A stretch of 64,000 nucleotides of DNA from Callorhinchus milii (GCF_018977255.1 NW_024704743.1:53198001-53262000); one strand, 5' to 3'; shown: positions 13,052 to 27,289, counted from the stretch's first letter. Notes: a model not told the origin generated them from the letters alone. Made by a program: numbers and translations.

Positions 13052-16000
13052 CTGCAGAGATACAAAAAGTTAATTGATACTAAGCCTTTCATTGGCCGAC
13101 TAAATGAAACTGGTTGCAAACGTAGCTACACCAGGTACAGCTAGTATTTCCATAAATAAATTACAACTATATTATATGCAAGATAATTTGGTATCAATAG
13201 CAATAAAAAGTCCTACAATGCTTTTAATTTACTGGGGATTGAGTGCAACAATTCTTGCCATTTGTTTTTCAAAGACATTATATCCTACGTATATTGCGGA
13301 TACTGGGTTTACATTAAAATTATTTTCGATTCTTTCAGATGTCTTTGCGATTGCTTAAGTACAGTATGCAAGTTTTGTGTGTGTGTGTGGGTCTCCACTT
13401 TTTACACTGCTTTCCCAACCACCAAACAAAGTGAATGTGTGTTGGATGTGTATGTAGGCGGGGAAGTGGAGGAAAACACATTTGTTTCCTTGGGAAATAG
13501 TTCTATAAATTGTTGCAAAATGCAATGCCTACCTTAACTTGTATGGCCAATCGTCTATACTGTTGAAATATTGTTAAATTGTAGAAATAAAATAGTGCAA
13601 AGGAATGTGTGAAATCTGGAATATGAATTTGTAGAATATCTGAAATGAGCAAAATAATGTGTGCTTATCATGAGTAAACAGCCTAATCTTTTCTGGGTAT
13701 AGATAGAAAAAGTTTTGTGTTATGTCAAAAATGAAACTGTAAAGAGGAGGTATATCAAATGTGTGAAAATCTACTGAGAGGAGATATTAGATTCTGAATG
13801 TTCCCCACCTTGCCGATTAGACCTCCCTCTGAGCCGAAATTTCTGTTGTAGCATCAACAATAGCCATCACTTCTGAATTTTCCCTTTCGTAACCCAAAGC
13901 TATTTATTCTGAAGCCAAAAGCTTCAGAGCCAAGAATAATCCTAATGCAGCAACGACCAAAGCTCAAACCCAGAACCTTTCCCCTCAAATTAATTTTGAT
14001 TGCTTCTTTTCATTAAAGATAAATAAAATAATCCAGAGTACAATTTGTTTGTACTGTGATGCAAAAACAGCAACTCAAAGGTAGATTTCAGCTAATTAAG
14101 GTTTCTCCATTCCTCTCAATTCTTGTGTATTCAAGGTATTTTTTCTTATACTTCACTTGTTTTATACTGGACTTTTCAAACAATTTAGTTGTTTTAGCAG
14201 TATAAACTTACCAATACATTGCCAAGTGTACTAATTTCACAACATAAAAAACAAAAGGTTTTATTATATATATAGTAGGAAAATAATCAACTTTTTATAG
14301 TTAAGAATCCTTCACCGTATTTATAAGTAGCGATCTGATCATTTGAGTGCATTTTGTACAGTAAGTGACAATGGTTTGGTTGGGTATTCAACATATGTAA
14401 CAGATCCATAACGTTGGAATGAAAACCCATCATCATGCTCGAGTCTCCAAACTAAACTATTGAGAATTCCACCTATCCATGGATACATTTTGTCTGTATG
14501 GAATATGCACTCCCTTTCTCTCTCTTTCTCCAAAGGGAGACACCCTGTTTCCCCCTGGAGAATTTAGGTTTGAGGAACCCAGAGTGTGCCCTGGAGTACT
14601 GCTGGAGTTTAAACAACTACAACAACACAGCCTACCACTGAAATGAACTGTTAAGCTTCCTGTTGCTTACCTAATTAGGCTACCCTGCTTGTTAGGGCTT
14701 TAACTTGCAGATTTAACAGTAACTGAGTGGGAAGAATCCCCCTGTGACTGCTTTTCTTTTCTAAATACAGACAGACTGATAAAAAGCTGGTTTATTATTA
14801 ACAGCTCCAAACACACTGGGATTTAGCCTGGCATAAAGGATTGACTGATTCTTATCTTCCATTGCCAGGTTTGTCAACTTGGAGCTAAGTCAGTCCTAGA
14901 GAGATCTGACTCATCTCTCCCTCCAAGGTTAGTCAATAGTTTGTCGTTAGACATCTGGCAAGCAATGGTGCTGGATTTCTGCATGAGTCAGTTCTGGCTG
15001 ATCAAAATAAATAAATGTTTGTGAATACACTGCCACCATTCTCCTGTCCACAGCCAGACACTCCTCGTCCACTCTTCCCCCCATAAACCACTGAACAGTG
15101 ATTCCATTAGGTTATGATTCAGAACTTCAGCAGAAATTGTATATCTTTCTGCACGCAATAAAGATAGGCTGAAACCCTGGATACATGAGCTCGTGTTCAC
15201 AAATCAGGAATCTCGGCAATGCCTGTTAGCAATTATCGGCCGAAGCTTCATCTTATCATGTTCCTCATCAACTATTCATTGGCCATCTGTATTGTTGAAG
15301 GACAATTTGTGATGTGCCAGCCACCTTGATGTTCTAGAGGTTCAAATCCAATGCTGCCTACCATTACTCATTACCAACTGCTTAATGCAGGCCCTCTGTG
15401 ACGGGCCCCAATGAAGCTGACTCCACTTTCAGGATGCCGAGCAACACTTTATTGTAGGCCAAAACCCATCCTGTCTGCAGCTGCTTCTCCTTTTTGCTAC
15501 ATATTCACCTGACTGCTTGTATGCCAGGAGCTATAAAACATGAAGACCAATTGTCTGGCCACATTGGTTTTATGTTCCACAATCTTAACCCACAATGGGA
15601 AATGTTCTATCATTCAGAGAGTCATGAATGACCAGAGTGCTTTTCGCATTCACTTCCCTAACCCTAATGCATACATGAACAATAATAATAATACCAGCAT
15701 CTTCGAGACATCTCAAAGCGCTTCATAGAATATACTGTAAAGTGAATTAACTGTATATTTTGTGGGCCAATGTCCAAGGAAAGGCTGACCACATCTTTCA
15801 TTAATTTTAGGTGCATGGTTCAATAGATACATCACAAATAATTTTATCTATCTACGTAATGAAATGTATTTTATTCATGTTTTTCCACGAAAACCTGCTG
15901 GCATATATATTTTAACCGTAATATCTCCCAAAAAACTTGAGCGATTGGTTTCATTAATTTCTGCTTTCATCACTCTACTGATTAGAATGGTAATCAACAA

Positions 16001-16469
16001 CAATATTACATTTATAGTGCGTCTTTCACGTAGGGAGGACATCCCAAGGTGCTCGACATTACCTCAGCAACAAATCATTTGATTTATTGATACACAGGAA
16101 CCCCGTTAAAATACATATCAGTTAGGCATGGTTTCACTATAGAGTTGACAGTGGACCCAAACTATACCAGGGCAGTAGAATTGGCCTCTGGCACTAACTG
16201 TTTAATGCGTGCTTGAATGCCATGCACAGGAAGCATCCCTGATGCTACTTGCTGCATGCAGAAGGATGGGAGCCATTTTTTTTTAAATGGATCCGTTATA
16301 ACGCCATATCTGTTTTTTGGATCCAGTTACGCTACATTGTAACGGGGTTACCCTGCAATTTAAACAAACCAAAACAGTGCAACTTTGCTTTTTTAATAAA
16401 TAAATAATAATAATCCTAAATAATAATAATAATACATTTTGTGTCATTTATTAGAATCTGATAACTTGC

Positions 16470-16565
16470 CAGCTTCTGCATCGGGATCTGGTGGTGCATA
16501 AGCTCTCAAGAAAGGATGATCTACTGGAGAACTGATTTCTTCAAGAATATCATGACTTGCATGGC
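16470..16565 (-). CDS. FAM221A: FAM221A exon 5, HASHDILEEISSPVDHPFLRAYAPPDPDAEA
   Basis: 96 nt, phase 1/1; matches recalled human VDSPFLKAF; 3' boundary requires the GC donor g|GCaagt. Confidence 0.8.
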
Positions 16566-17699
16566 CTAATACAATCAATAGATTAAAGTTACAGTGGAAA
16601 AACCTGGAAATGTTTTAATCGGATAAAATGATCTAATATTGTCTCGCCATTATACACCAGAATTTTCTGCAAACTATTCATGTTGAATTTCAATAGCAAT
16701 AGTGTCCTTCAAAATGTATCTAATTATTTATTGAAAAAATTATCTTCATTGGTAAATGTAATCATGAAATGTATTCAAATTAACCAAATATTTCCCTTGT
16801 TTTTTCCCTTTTGCTTAACCTTTTTTTAGCAGGCCTTCTGCCATTCTACTCCCACTCTCTGGAACTCCATCTCGCAGACCTTGCGTCTCGCCCCTCCCTT
16901 GCAAGCCTCATTCAAGACCCTCCTCTTCAACCATGATTTCAATCACCCTCCTTCCCCCCCCTGCCCTCCACCCTCCCCAATCCCGACCCCCAGCTCGGGT
17001 CCAAAACTCTGACTGTCCAGCGCCTTGGGACGTCCTCCCGACGTGAAAGGTGCCATACAAATGTAATTTTGTTTTTGTTGTTGTCGTTATTGGCGATGAC
17101 AGTAATTTCTAAGGAAAACAAGACTTGAAACGCAAATGCAATATTAGAATTGAACTTCAGGAATCATTTACCCAGCTACTTAAAAATAATGCCTGCTCTA
17201 AGTACTTAGTTATAAACTATTTGCCATTTTTGTCTCTACTTTGGAAATGGCATTGCTCTTTGTGCTTAAACAGATTTCTACAACGTAAGGCAATCGCTCA
17301 CAACAATAAAAATTCCAACAATTTTTGTTGCTGTCTGTAAGCTTGAGTTCTGTGTTAATTCTAGTCTTACAATACTAATCCTTGCATTTGATAAAGCGCC
17401 TTTTTATGTTGTTGAAATGTTTCAAAATACTTCACAGGACTTCAATGCAAAGCATAGTGACTGCATATTTGTAAGTGAACTCGGCAGCCAATTTGTGCAC
17501 AGGAATGTCCCACAAGATAGCCTTGAAGTGAATGACTCTTTTTTTTCGAATTGTGCCCTGGATCTTTATTGTGACTGAACCTTGGTTTCATGTCACCTCC
17601 AACGGATGGTTCCTCTGATAATGGAGCACCAGGATTGCACTGGGGTGTCAGTTTAGATTGTGACTCAGAGTCAAATGCTATCAAGTGAGCCAGCGCCTT

Positions 17700-18510
17700 T
17701 CACGTCGGGGGGTCGGAATGGGGAGCAGGGTGATCAAAAGCACGGTCGAAGAGGAGGGTCTTGAGATGGATCTTGAAGCAGTCAAGGGAGGGGCGAGGCG
17801 GAGGGACTGTGGGATGGAGTTCCAGAGGGTGGGGGTAGAGTGGCTGACGGCCTGCCTGCCAATGGTAGGGCGGGCGAGGCAGGGGACGTGAAGCGGGCTG
17901 GAGCTGCTGAGCGGAGGGAACGAGCAGGATGGTAGGGGGTTAGGAGGTCACAAAGTTAGGGGGGAGCAAGGCCATGGAGGGCTTTGAAGGTGAGGACCAG
18001 GATCTTGAACTGTATCCTCTGTGTGATGGGAAGCCAGTGGAGTCAGGCGGGGATGGGGGTGATAAGGTCACGCTGCCTGGTTCGGGAGAGGACATGGGCT
18101 GCATTGTTCTGGATGATATACAGCCTATGGAGGGAGGAGTTGGGGAGGCCAACATGCAAGGAGCCTCGATGCAATGTATGTGTGTATGAGGGTTTCGGTG
18201 GCCTGCGGTGTGAGACAGTGGCAGAGCCGGGTGTTGTGGAGGTGGGGGAAAGCAGAGCAGGTCATGGCACAGATGTGCGGCAGAAAGGATAGTTGAGGGT
18301 CAAACAAGACCCCAAGATTCTGGACCGGCTTAGTAAAGTGGAGTGTGTAACCGTGGACGGTGATGATGTCAGCATCTGAGGTGTGGAGGCGCTGATGAGA
18401 GCCAATCAGGAGAGCCTCAGTCTTGTTGATGTTCAACTGAAGAAAGTTAGCTCTCATCCAGGACTTGATGTCTGACACACATTCTGTCAGGACAGCAGTG
18501 GATCTTGGCA
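17700..18510 (-). mobile_element. L2-clade LINE 3' fragment
   Basis: Frameshifted ORF2 C-terminus: WMRANFLQLNINKTEALLIG...NLGVLFDPQLSF. Confidence 0.9.
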
Positions 18511-18781
18511 GACCTTTAAATCCAATGCCCTGCCCTTTCACATCTAGTTCCCCCAAATCTGTCTACCTCTTTAAACATCCAATTCCCAAGTATTTGTTTC
18601 TCTCTCTTTTAAACATTCAATCTTGATCCTGTCCTCTGCAGGTAGATACTTCTATGATCATTAGTAAATTTATCAACCTTGGGTGCATTACCAATGTGAG
18701 TGCCAGCTTACACAGCCAGGGTAACAATTGTAATGTCTCTTATCTTATATTTACTGCATAAACAACAATGAAACCACAAAC

Positions 18782-18988
18782 CAATTCCACTTTTATCAAG
18801 TCGCATATATCCGTCCGCCAAGGCATTAAATCCAGTGAGTCCTCCCATTGCAGCAAACGGGGTGTCGTGACCTGTTGATCTTCCCCTAGCCGTGCGCTCC
18901 TCTTTGGTCTCAATTATCATTTCATGAGCATAAGTTGGCTCCCCACAACCACAGGTAAAGGGACTGTGGAATCCAGTACAACTTGAGC
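18782..18988 (-). CDS. FAM221A: FAM221A exon 4, SSCTGFHSPFTCGCGEP...AAMGGLTGFNALADGYMRLDKSGI
   Basis: 207 nt, phase 1/1; conserved AAMGGLTGF...GYMRLD motif. Confidence 0.96.
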
Positions 18989-19872
18989 CTGTAAGAAACA
19001 AACATCTTTAAACAAAAAAAATCAATGCATTGCAAAGCACATCAGAACAGAATGTAACTTACTGTAGAACTGTACTAAGGGAGGTTTTGCCAATAAAGAA
19101 GGTTGCTACATTATGTTGAAATAATCTAGAAACAATAGTCATCTTAATATGTTAACATACTGGATAAGTCTTCGAGGATGGGGGTGGGAATGTGCAATAA
19201 CGCAGCAAGTTTCTGAACTCGCCCAGTTTATAAGGAAAAGCTTTCCAAGGAAAGAATGAAAATATTTGAAGAGTTGATCTGATTGTCTTACTTACATTCT
19301 AGCAGTCAGGTACTAACATCCTAGAAGGATACATCCATGTTGTGAACTAATCTAGATTCCAAAGGATTTTAGTGGATTTGTCAAGCATGAGCTATTTCTC
19401 CTACATTTGGTGCTAATTTCTCCTAATGGATACTGTAATCTGTACGTACACATCAACAGCATTCCAAATAATTATCCGAGATATGTTAACCTGATTAAAA
19501 TGCTGATTCTGTTTTTTTACTTTTCACATTTACGCCATGCTTCTTTTTCAATAATGAACGACCCTCTTTTTACTTTTTTCTTGAGGTGTGGCAGAGACAG
19601 CATTCATTGCTATCTCCAGTTAACCTAAGATGGCAGTGGTGGTGGTACAAGACTTCTCTTTAAACACTGCAATCCTTGTGCTCCCACTAGCCTTTCAGTA
19701 GGGAGTTCAAAGATTTGGACACAGTGACAATGAAGGAGCGGCAAAAAATAAAACAAGTGATGGTGTGTGACATGGAGAGAAATTTGGAGGTTCTGATGTT
19801 TCCATGCTGATGATGCTCTTGTTCTTCTGCAAATCTAGACAAATACAAGAAAGACAGTAAACAGAAGCTTAC

Positions 19873-20063
19873 ATTTGTTACATTTAAATGGTGAAACTTC
19901 AATATGATCTTCACTAAAATGTTTACACCTGCAGCGAATTGGCTGTGTTCCATTCAGTGGCACATAATTGTAGGAAATACACCTGCAGCCATGGACTTTG
20001 CAGGGCAACAAAATTGGACGTTCTCGTGGAATTTCTTTAAAATCGGTTTTGTGTTGCTTATAC
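19873..20063 (-). CDS. FAM221A: FAM221A exon 3, YKQHKTD...YVPLNGTQPIRCRCKHF...CNK
   Basis: 191 nt, phase 2/1, canonical sites; Cys/His-rich FAM221 region. Confidence 0.96.
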
Positions 20064-20629
20064 CTGTGAAGATAACAGAGTGTATCTTCACCCAGCTGGA
20101 TGAGTACATGGAGCATTTAAAGTTTAATTACAATTGCGGTAACAGCTGAGATCCCCTTATGTGTTTATATACATATATATATATATATATAGATATAGAA
20201 CTTTCGGCTATTTCATGCACGCACAGAGCTAAAAATGATTGTTTAAGGAAGTAATTTATCTATTTCAGATACAGTATTAAACGATTAAGTCAATTAATGC
20301 CCAACCAGTTATAGCAGTGACTCATGACACACTAGATGAGTATGAGATGCTAAATGAGTAAAGAAATCTCATTCCAAACAAATTTCTTTTATATAAAATG
20401 TGCTGTAGCACTAGTACTATCTTTCTTCTCTACCCCATTTTAGAATTGTAATTTTTAAAATAAATCATCTCATACACTGTAATATGGAATCACTGTTTTT
20501 GTCAGATATATTTCAACAAAAGTATCTATCTTGGTAAATATTTATAAATATTATAGAAACAGCTGATAAAATTTCCACAGTGCAGTTTAGCAACCCCCCC
20601 ACCCCCATCCAGTTCTAAGAAGCTGTTGG

Positions 20630-21370
20630 TATTAATAATCCCTTGTATTTTATATAGTGCATTATGATGCCAAAACAAATCAAAGGACTTCACAGAATTT
20701 TACAATGAGGTGACTGTATATTTGCAGGCACATATGGCAGCCAAATTCTGGATAACAAAGTATCAGAAACAGTCATGACATGACTGACTATCTGAGGCAT
20801 TCACCCTTCTCCTTTTGAATAGTGGCCATGAGATCTTAAACATCTACCTGAGTAGGCAGAGAGGTCCTCGGTTTAACATAAAATCCAAAGAACAGAACCT
20901 CCAATAATGCTGGACTACTCCAGCAAACTTCATCTCCACCAATGGACTGACTCCTGATGAGTCAACAAGGAAGGGGCTGGGAATGAGATTATAGACACAG
21001 TTAGCAGTAGGAGCAAAGCTAAGGGCTTGTGTTCAAACAGATCAATGTGCAAATGTTACAGGATCAGAATCTGAGTGCAAAGACAAAAAAGTAATGAAAT
21101 AGAAACAAAACAAATGTATGAGTTATATCGAAAGCAAAAAGAGATTGTTGACTGGGACACCATAGAAAACTTATTTTTCAAATAGTGCCATGGGATCTTT
21201 AACGTCTCACTGAACAGGCAGACGGAAGCTCAGTTTAATGTCTTATCTCAAGGACAGCATCTCCAACAAATCAGCACACTCACCAGTCTAGATTGTATGA
21301 GTTCAAAGTCCTGACATGGGGCTTGAACCCATAACCTTCTGACTCAAAGATGGGAGTGCTACTAGGCTGA
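20630..21370 (-). mobile_element. Two decayed DeuSINE-like SINE copies
   Basis: Reverse complement of the central domain ...aaaccgagg...ctgcct...caggtggatgttaaagatcccatggcactatt at ~20820-20880 and ~21180-21250. Confidence 0.6.
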
Positions 21371-22074
21371 CTCTTAAAAATAAGAAACTAAGGCAAAAAA
21401 ATGCAGTAAACTTTTGATAACCTGTTCCTACAAGGGAAAAGGGCTCAGTGATGAGTTAGACATATGTATAAATACACAAATAAATGTGGCAGAGATATTG
21501 ACAGCATGATGACTTAAGTGGTAGTGACTAGCTAAGCCAGGACGGAGTCATCAGGACATTTCTGCAATTAAAAATAAACCAATTTTTTAAGGATCTAGTT
21601 TGAATCTCAAATATGGAACTTCTTAGCATAAAGTTTGTTGAGTAAAGGTGTGATGAACAGGACTCCAATGAAAGGTACGTACATCTAGAGCATGGATGTG
21701 ACTGACAGGGCTCCCTTCATTAGAAGAGAATCCTGTCAAAGTCACATCCATGCTTCATTCATGTTTCATCTATGATCTAGAGACTTTATGGTAAACAAAA
21801 CACAGAGCTCCTGGGGTTAGCATTGAGAATTTGCAGACAAATCATTTTGAATATTTCTATTTTTTGCCATTTGTCCTGAATTCCATTGTTAAGAGCTCAG
21901 ATGACCCAGACTATTCACCTACAAACACCCTGTCACTACACTTAACAGCGGAAATCCTGTGCAGTGCTTTGAGACGTCTCGCCCACATAATAAGGTGCTT
22001 AAGGAAGAAGTGTGGGAAGACTGAAATGGGGTTGATGGCATAAATATTTTAGTCAAAAAAGTTCTCTACAATAC

Positions 22075-22248
22075 CTGTGATTGCAAAAGCATAGAGTCTC
22101 TGGACCAACTAGTTTACAATCTATACCATTAGGTGATGCCCAGGCAACAAACAGTCGGTTCTTTAATCGCATCGGCAGCACTTCTTTCTTGTACTGTTCA
22201 TACTCCTCTGGTGTAAAAAGTATCCCACCATCATCATCACCGACAATT
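22075..22248 (-). CDS. FAM221A: FAM221A exon 2, IVGDDDGGILFTPEEYEQYKKEVLPMRLKNRLFVAWASPNGIDCKLVGPETLCFCNH
   Basis: 174 nt, phase 2/2, translated by hand (absent from the ORF track); strong match to recalled human exon 2. Confidence 0.96.
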
Positions 22249-23359
22249 CTATGACCAAAGAGAACACAAGGAAAGCTATTCTTTTTAATTCATAAACATG
22301 TCAAATATTTAGACAATAATAATCCTTACATCTGATATAGCGCCTTATCACATTTTTGAGACATCTCAAAGCACTTCCCAGAATATATTTTAAAGTGAAT
22401 TGACTATTTTGTAGATTCAGAAGTACATGAAGATAAAAAATAGAAAAACTTTTTAAGAGTTCCAAAGAAAGCAATTCTTATCTTTCTGCTTTGAATTTTT
22501 TTCGCAAAATTTAAAAGTCATGTTTATAGGGTGGGAATTAAATCTGAAATGTGAACTAGTACTGGGGGCTTAATGTAAAAAGCTAAAGCTTTAATTTTGA
22601 TAAAACTGCTCGCGAAGCTAGAGGCAATAAACAAAATGTTTCACCCTAAAAATTCTATTGTCTCAAATATACAGTGCAATCTATTCACTGCCTTCAGAGC
22701 ATCCGCAGCCATGAACCAGAGCTAAACATACTCTGATACACAGGCTTTAGTCTTTATAGAGCTGGGGTTGCACCAGTGAGATAGATTAATGATTGCATTT
22801 GATACAGTCCCTTAACACGTCGAAGGCTGTCTCAAGCAGTTTGGTAGCAAGCAGTCTAGGATTTGACAGGAGTGACGGTGGTATTGAGGGTGAAGACAAG
22901 CAGCAGGGACTGAAGGAGCCCTTGTACTGAGATACTGGAGACGGTGGTGGTGGGTTAATGGGACTCTGTACTGAGGGGGAAACCCGGTTTTGAGGAAGGG
23001 AAAGGCTTTATGCGAGGGAGGGGGTAGGAAGTAAAACAAGACACCTTGGGTGGTGGAGGGAAGTGTAGAAGAGGAGAGAATGAGACCCTGTGCTGAGAGG
23101 AGGGATACCCTATAATAAGGGGAAATGGGATAATAATCTTTGCACAATGTGGTGAGAATGTGCAATACACTAATGCATTGGGGTAGCAATTACAGCAGAG
23201 AGCATCATTGTCTTCAAGAGGAAACTCAAAAGCATACATGAGGGAGAAGGAAATAGACTGGTATGGGAGAGAGGATTAGGAAGGATAAAGGCAGATGTAC
23301 CCAAACACACAAAGATTTGAACTGAATAGTCCATTTCCATTCCATGTCTATTCAATTCT

Positions 23360-23720
23360 GGAGTTCTGAAGCTCAGTGGCTCGTGCACTTGCCTCGCAAA
23401 TGAGAGACCTGGATTTGATTCCGCGCAGAGTGAAACATGGGGCAAATTTCCTTACTCCACAAGCCTCTGTTTACCAGCGGTAAATAGGAACCCGGTTGTT
23501 AGTAGATTGGCAGATCACTTTTCCGGGGGTAATAATTCCTTTAAAAAAATTGGTCACTCAATCCACGACTGTTTGTGGGACACTGCTGTGCATAATTGGC
23601 TGCCCCGTTTCACCCACAACATATAGTCAATTCACTTCACAGTATATTCTGTGAAGCGCTTTATGACATCTCTAAGACGCGATAAGGCGCTATATAAAAA
23701 GGATTATTATATTATTATAA
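23360..23720 (+). mobile_element. tRNA-derived SINE, long subtype
   Basis: Same head, body and tail as the 3625 copy. Confidence 0.9.
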
Positions 23721-24128
23721 TTCTTCGTAGGGGGGAACCATCCTGTATATCCTGCACATAGGGACCGGGGGGGGGGGGGGGGGGGGGGAGCAGAGAGGGA
23801 AACCAATATGGTGACAAAAAGTGGGGGCGAGACCCGAGAGGAAAGGGTGAAGGACCCCTGTGCTGAGGGAATGAGGAGTTGAATGGCCACAGGAGGCCCT
23901 GTATTGAGAGAGTGAAGGTGGGGGGGGAGGACCCTGTACGGACAGACTGGGTGAGGAGATGTCAAAGTGCTTCCCAGGACAGGACAGGACAGGGCAGCAC
24001 AGGGGCGGCCCCCACCCCACAGGGTGGACAAGCAACGGAGAGCGAGAGAGAGAGAGAGAGAGAAGAGACCGGACGCTGTCCACCAGGAGCAGCCGAGCAT
24101 CCGCTGGGGTTTGGGTTGAGGCGCTGAC

Positions 24129-24193
24129 CTCTTGTACTCCACATAGGCGTCGACAGCGGCCGGGGCGTCCTGGCCCAGAGTGATCCTCTCCAT
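24129..24193 (-). CDS. FAM221A: FAM221A exon 1 CDS, MERITLGQDAPAAVDAYVEYK(R)
   Basis: ATG at 24193, donor ag|GTcag; matches recalled human MERLTL...AAAVDEYLEYRR; the 7 exons sum to 918 nt (305 aa plus stop). Confidence 0.95.
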
Positions 24194-24400
24194 CCTCCCC
24201 GCCAGCCCAGCCCAGCCCACCAGCCCAGCCCAGCCCAGCCCAGCAGCCCAGCCCACCAGCCCAGCCCCGGCCTCCCGGCCGCCCGCTCTCCTGTGTCCTC
24301 TCCCCACCGCCGCCACCACTCCCGTTGCTTAGCAACGCGTCCCCCCAGCAGCCTTTGCGCGCAGACCGGGGGGGGGGGGCAAACGCATGCGCAACCCTGC
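24194..24400 (-). promoter_or_regulatory. FAM221A 5'UTR and CpG promoter with RFX X-box-like palindrome and NRF1-type site
   Basis: CGTTGCTTAGCAACG at 24323-24337; CGCATGCGCA at 24384-24393; (CCCAG)n tract in the UTR. Confidence 0.7.
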
Positions 24401-24414
24401 AATCAACAAACACC

Positions 24415-25878
24415 CACCCACCCCATCCCCAACACAGCCCCTCCACCCCATCCCCAACACAGCCCCTCCACCCCATCCCCAACACAGCCCCTCCACCCCA
24501 TCCCCAACACAGCCCCTCCACCCCATCCCCAACACAGCCCCTCCACCCCATCCCCAACACAGCCCCTCCACCCCATCCCCAACACAGCCCCTCCACCCCA
24601 TCCCCAACACAGCCCCTCCACCCCATCCCCAACACAGCCCCTCCACCCCATCCCCAACACAGCCCCTCCACCCCATCCCCAACACAGCCCCTCCACCCCA
24701 TCCCCAACACAGCCCCTCCACCCCATCCCCAACACAGCCCCTCCACCCCATCCCCAACACAGCCCCTCCACCCCATCCCCAACACAGCCCCTCCACCCCA
24801 TCCCCAACACAGCCCCTTCACATCCCCACCCAACACAGCCCCTCCACACACCCCCAACACAGCCCCTCCACACCCCCACCCAACACAGCCCCTCCACACC
24901 CCCACCCAACACAGCCCTTCCACAACCCCCCCCAACACAGCCCCTCCACCCACCCCCCAACACAGCCCCTCCACCCCATCCCCAACACAGCCCCTCCACC
25001 CCATCCCCAACACAGCCCCTCCACCCCATCCCCAACACAGCCCCTCCACCCCATCCCCAACACAGCCCCTCCACCCCATCCCCAACACAGCCCCTCCACC
25101 CCATCCCCAACACAGCCCCTCCACCCCATCCCCAACACAGCCCCTCCACCCCATCCCCAACACAGCCCCTCCACCCCATCCCCAACACAGCCCCTCCACC
25201 CCATCCCCAACACAGCCCCTCCACACCCCCCCCCAACACAGCCTCTCCACACCCCCCCCACACAGCCCCTCCACACCCCCCCCAACACAGCCCCTCCACC
25301 CCATCCCCAACACAGCCCCTCCACCCCATCCCCAACACAGCCCCTCCACCCCATCCCCAACACAGCCCCTCCACCCCATCCCCAACACAGCCCCTCCACC
25401 CCATCCCCAACACAGCCCCTCCACCCCATCCCCAACACAGCCCCTCCACCCCATCCCCAACACAGCCCCTCCACACACACCCCCAACACAGCCCCTCCAC
25501 CCCATCCCGCACACAGCCCCTCCACACCCCCACCCAACACAGCCCCTCCACCCACCCACCCCAACACAGCCTCTCCACACCCCCCCCCCAACACAGCCTC
25601 TCCACACCCCCCCAACACAGCCTCTCCACACACCCACCCAACACAGCCTCTCCACCCCCCCCAACACAGCCTCTCCACACACACACCCCCAACAGAGCCT
25701 CTCAACACCCCCCCCCAACACAGCCTCTCAACAAACACCCCCCCCAACACCGCCTCTCAACACCCCCCCCCCTCAACACCGCCTCTCAACAAACACCCTC
25801 CCCCAACACAGCCTCTCAACAAACACCCTCCCCCAACACAGCCTCTCAACACCCCCCCCAACACAGTCTCTCCACCCC
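24415..25878. repeat. C-rich minisatellite, 25 bp unit AACACAGCCCCTCCACCCCATCCCC, ~58 copies, degenerate toward the right end
   Basis: Direct reading; explains the long low-complexity ORFs on both strands. Confidence 0.98.
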
Positions 25879-25884
25879 CCCCCC

Positions 25885-26230
25885 CCCCCAGGGTAGGGAT
25901 GGGTGGGGCCTGGGGTTTGAGAGGGAGGTGGCAAGGAGGTAGCGGTGGAAAAGGGAGTGGTAGATAAACAAATACCCTTGATCTTGGATTTGAGGAAGTC
26001 CAACATCTCCTTGCAGTTGGAATTGGAGTAGAGGATGGGTGAGGCACAGGAAGGTGGACAGAGGAGGCAGTCAATGGTGGAGAAGAGGAGCCTGGGATTG
26101 TCCTTGGTCTCCAAGATTATCTTGGAGTAAAAGGATTATTTGGCGGAGGTGAGGGCGGAGCGGAAGTCTAAGTGTGGTCAAGTCAGATCTGACGATGGAC
26201 CGTTAGGTTTGATTTGGTCAGGTGCATTCC
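25885..26230 (-). mobile_element. L2 ORF2 internal fragment
   Basis: KDNPRLLFSTI; homologous to the 40300-40660 segment. Confidence 0.75.
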
Positions 26231-27289
26231 CTGGCACACATTTGTGCATTGAGGGATCGGAGATGACTGATGTACCACAAATATAGTCAATTCACTTTAC
26301 AGTATGTTCTGTGAAGCACTTTGAGACATCTAGAAGACATGAAAAGTCCTATATCAAATGTAAGATTATTATTATTATTACCAGGGTATACCAAGGAGAT
26401 TTATGGCATAAAAGTGTGCCTCACAGAAAGGAGAAATGGCAGCTCACTGGCAGAGATCTCAGTTGATATTTTTTATATAGATAGATAGATGGAGTTGGAA
26501 ATAGCAGGACGAAAGATTGGGCAAGTTTTCTTATTCCACTGATGATGGGTGGGTTGGACAGGGGATGTGGAGCTGGCCGGAGCCTGCTGAGGGGAGGTAG
26601 TGGACAGGTTGATAATGGGTTAGTAGATTCCACAGGTAGGAAGGAGCAAGGCCGTGGAGGGTCTCAAAGGTGATGATGAGGTTTTGAACTCTACCCTCTG
26701 GGGGATGGGGAGCCAGTGGAGCTGGGCAAGGTTGGGTGTGATAGGGTCATTGAGCCTGAGGTTATGATAATAATCTTACATTTGGTATAGGACCCTTCAT
26801 GTCTCAAAGGAGGATGTCTCAAAATATTTCACAGGATGTGCTAAAAAGTGTAGTGACGGTGTTGAACTTAGCAGGTGTAATCTCTTCTATGAGCCATCTA
26901 AACCCTTATTATTTGTTTAAATAATTTGTTTCCAAGGCTTTCTCCCCTAAGAACCAGATTAAAATTCCCCTTGAGGTTGCCTCCTGCTTTCTTGCTTTAA
27001 TGCAATATAAATGTAAAGTTCACATAAAATATACAATCACTCCACTTTATATTATATCATGTGATGCACTTTGAGACATCCCCCCAATGTGAAAGATACT
27101 CTGTCAAATGTAAGCATTATTATTATAAAGCATTCATTAGAATTTCTTCATTTGTTTTTCTCAAAAGTCAACATTAAATTTAAGTTTTCCTTCCAAAGCT
27201 AGGCCCTGAAACAGAAGACTCTTTATTATTACAATAAACTTAAATTTTCCCAGACCCATAGCCATTGCAACCTTTTTTGTTAATCTTTG

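Noticed and set aside
23715..25967. Long ORFs of 310-668 aa (Pro/His/Thr-rich or Gly/Trp/Cys-rich)
   Set aside because: Translations of the 25 bp minisatellite, open in multiple frames on both strands
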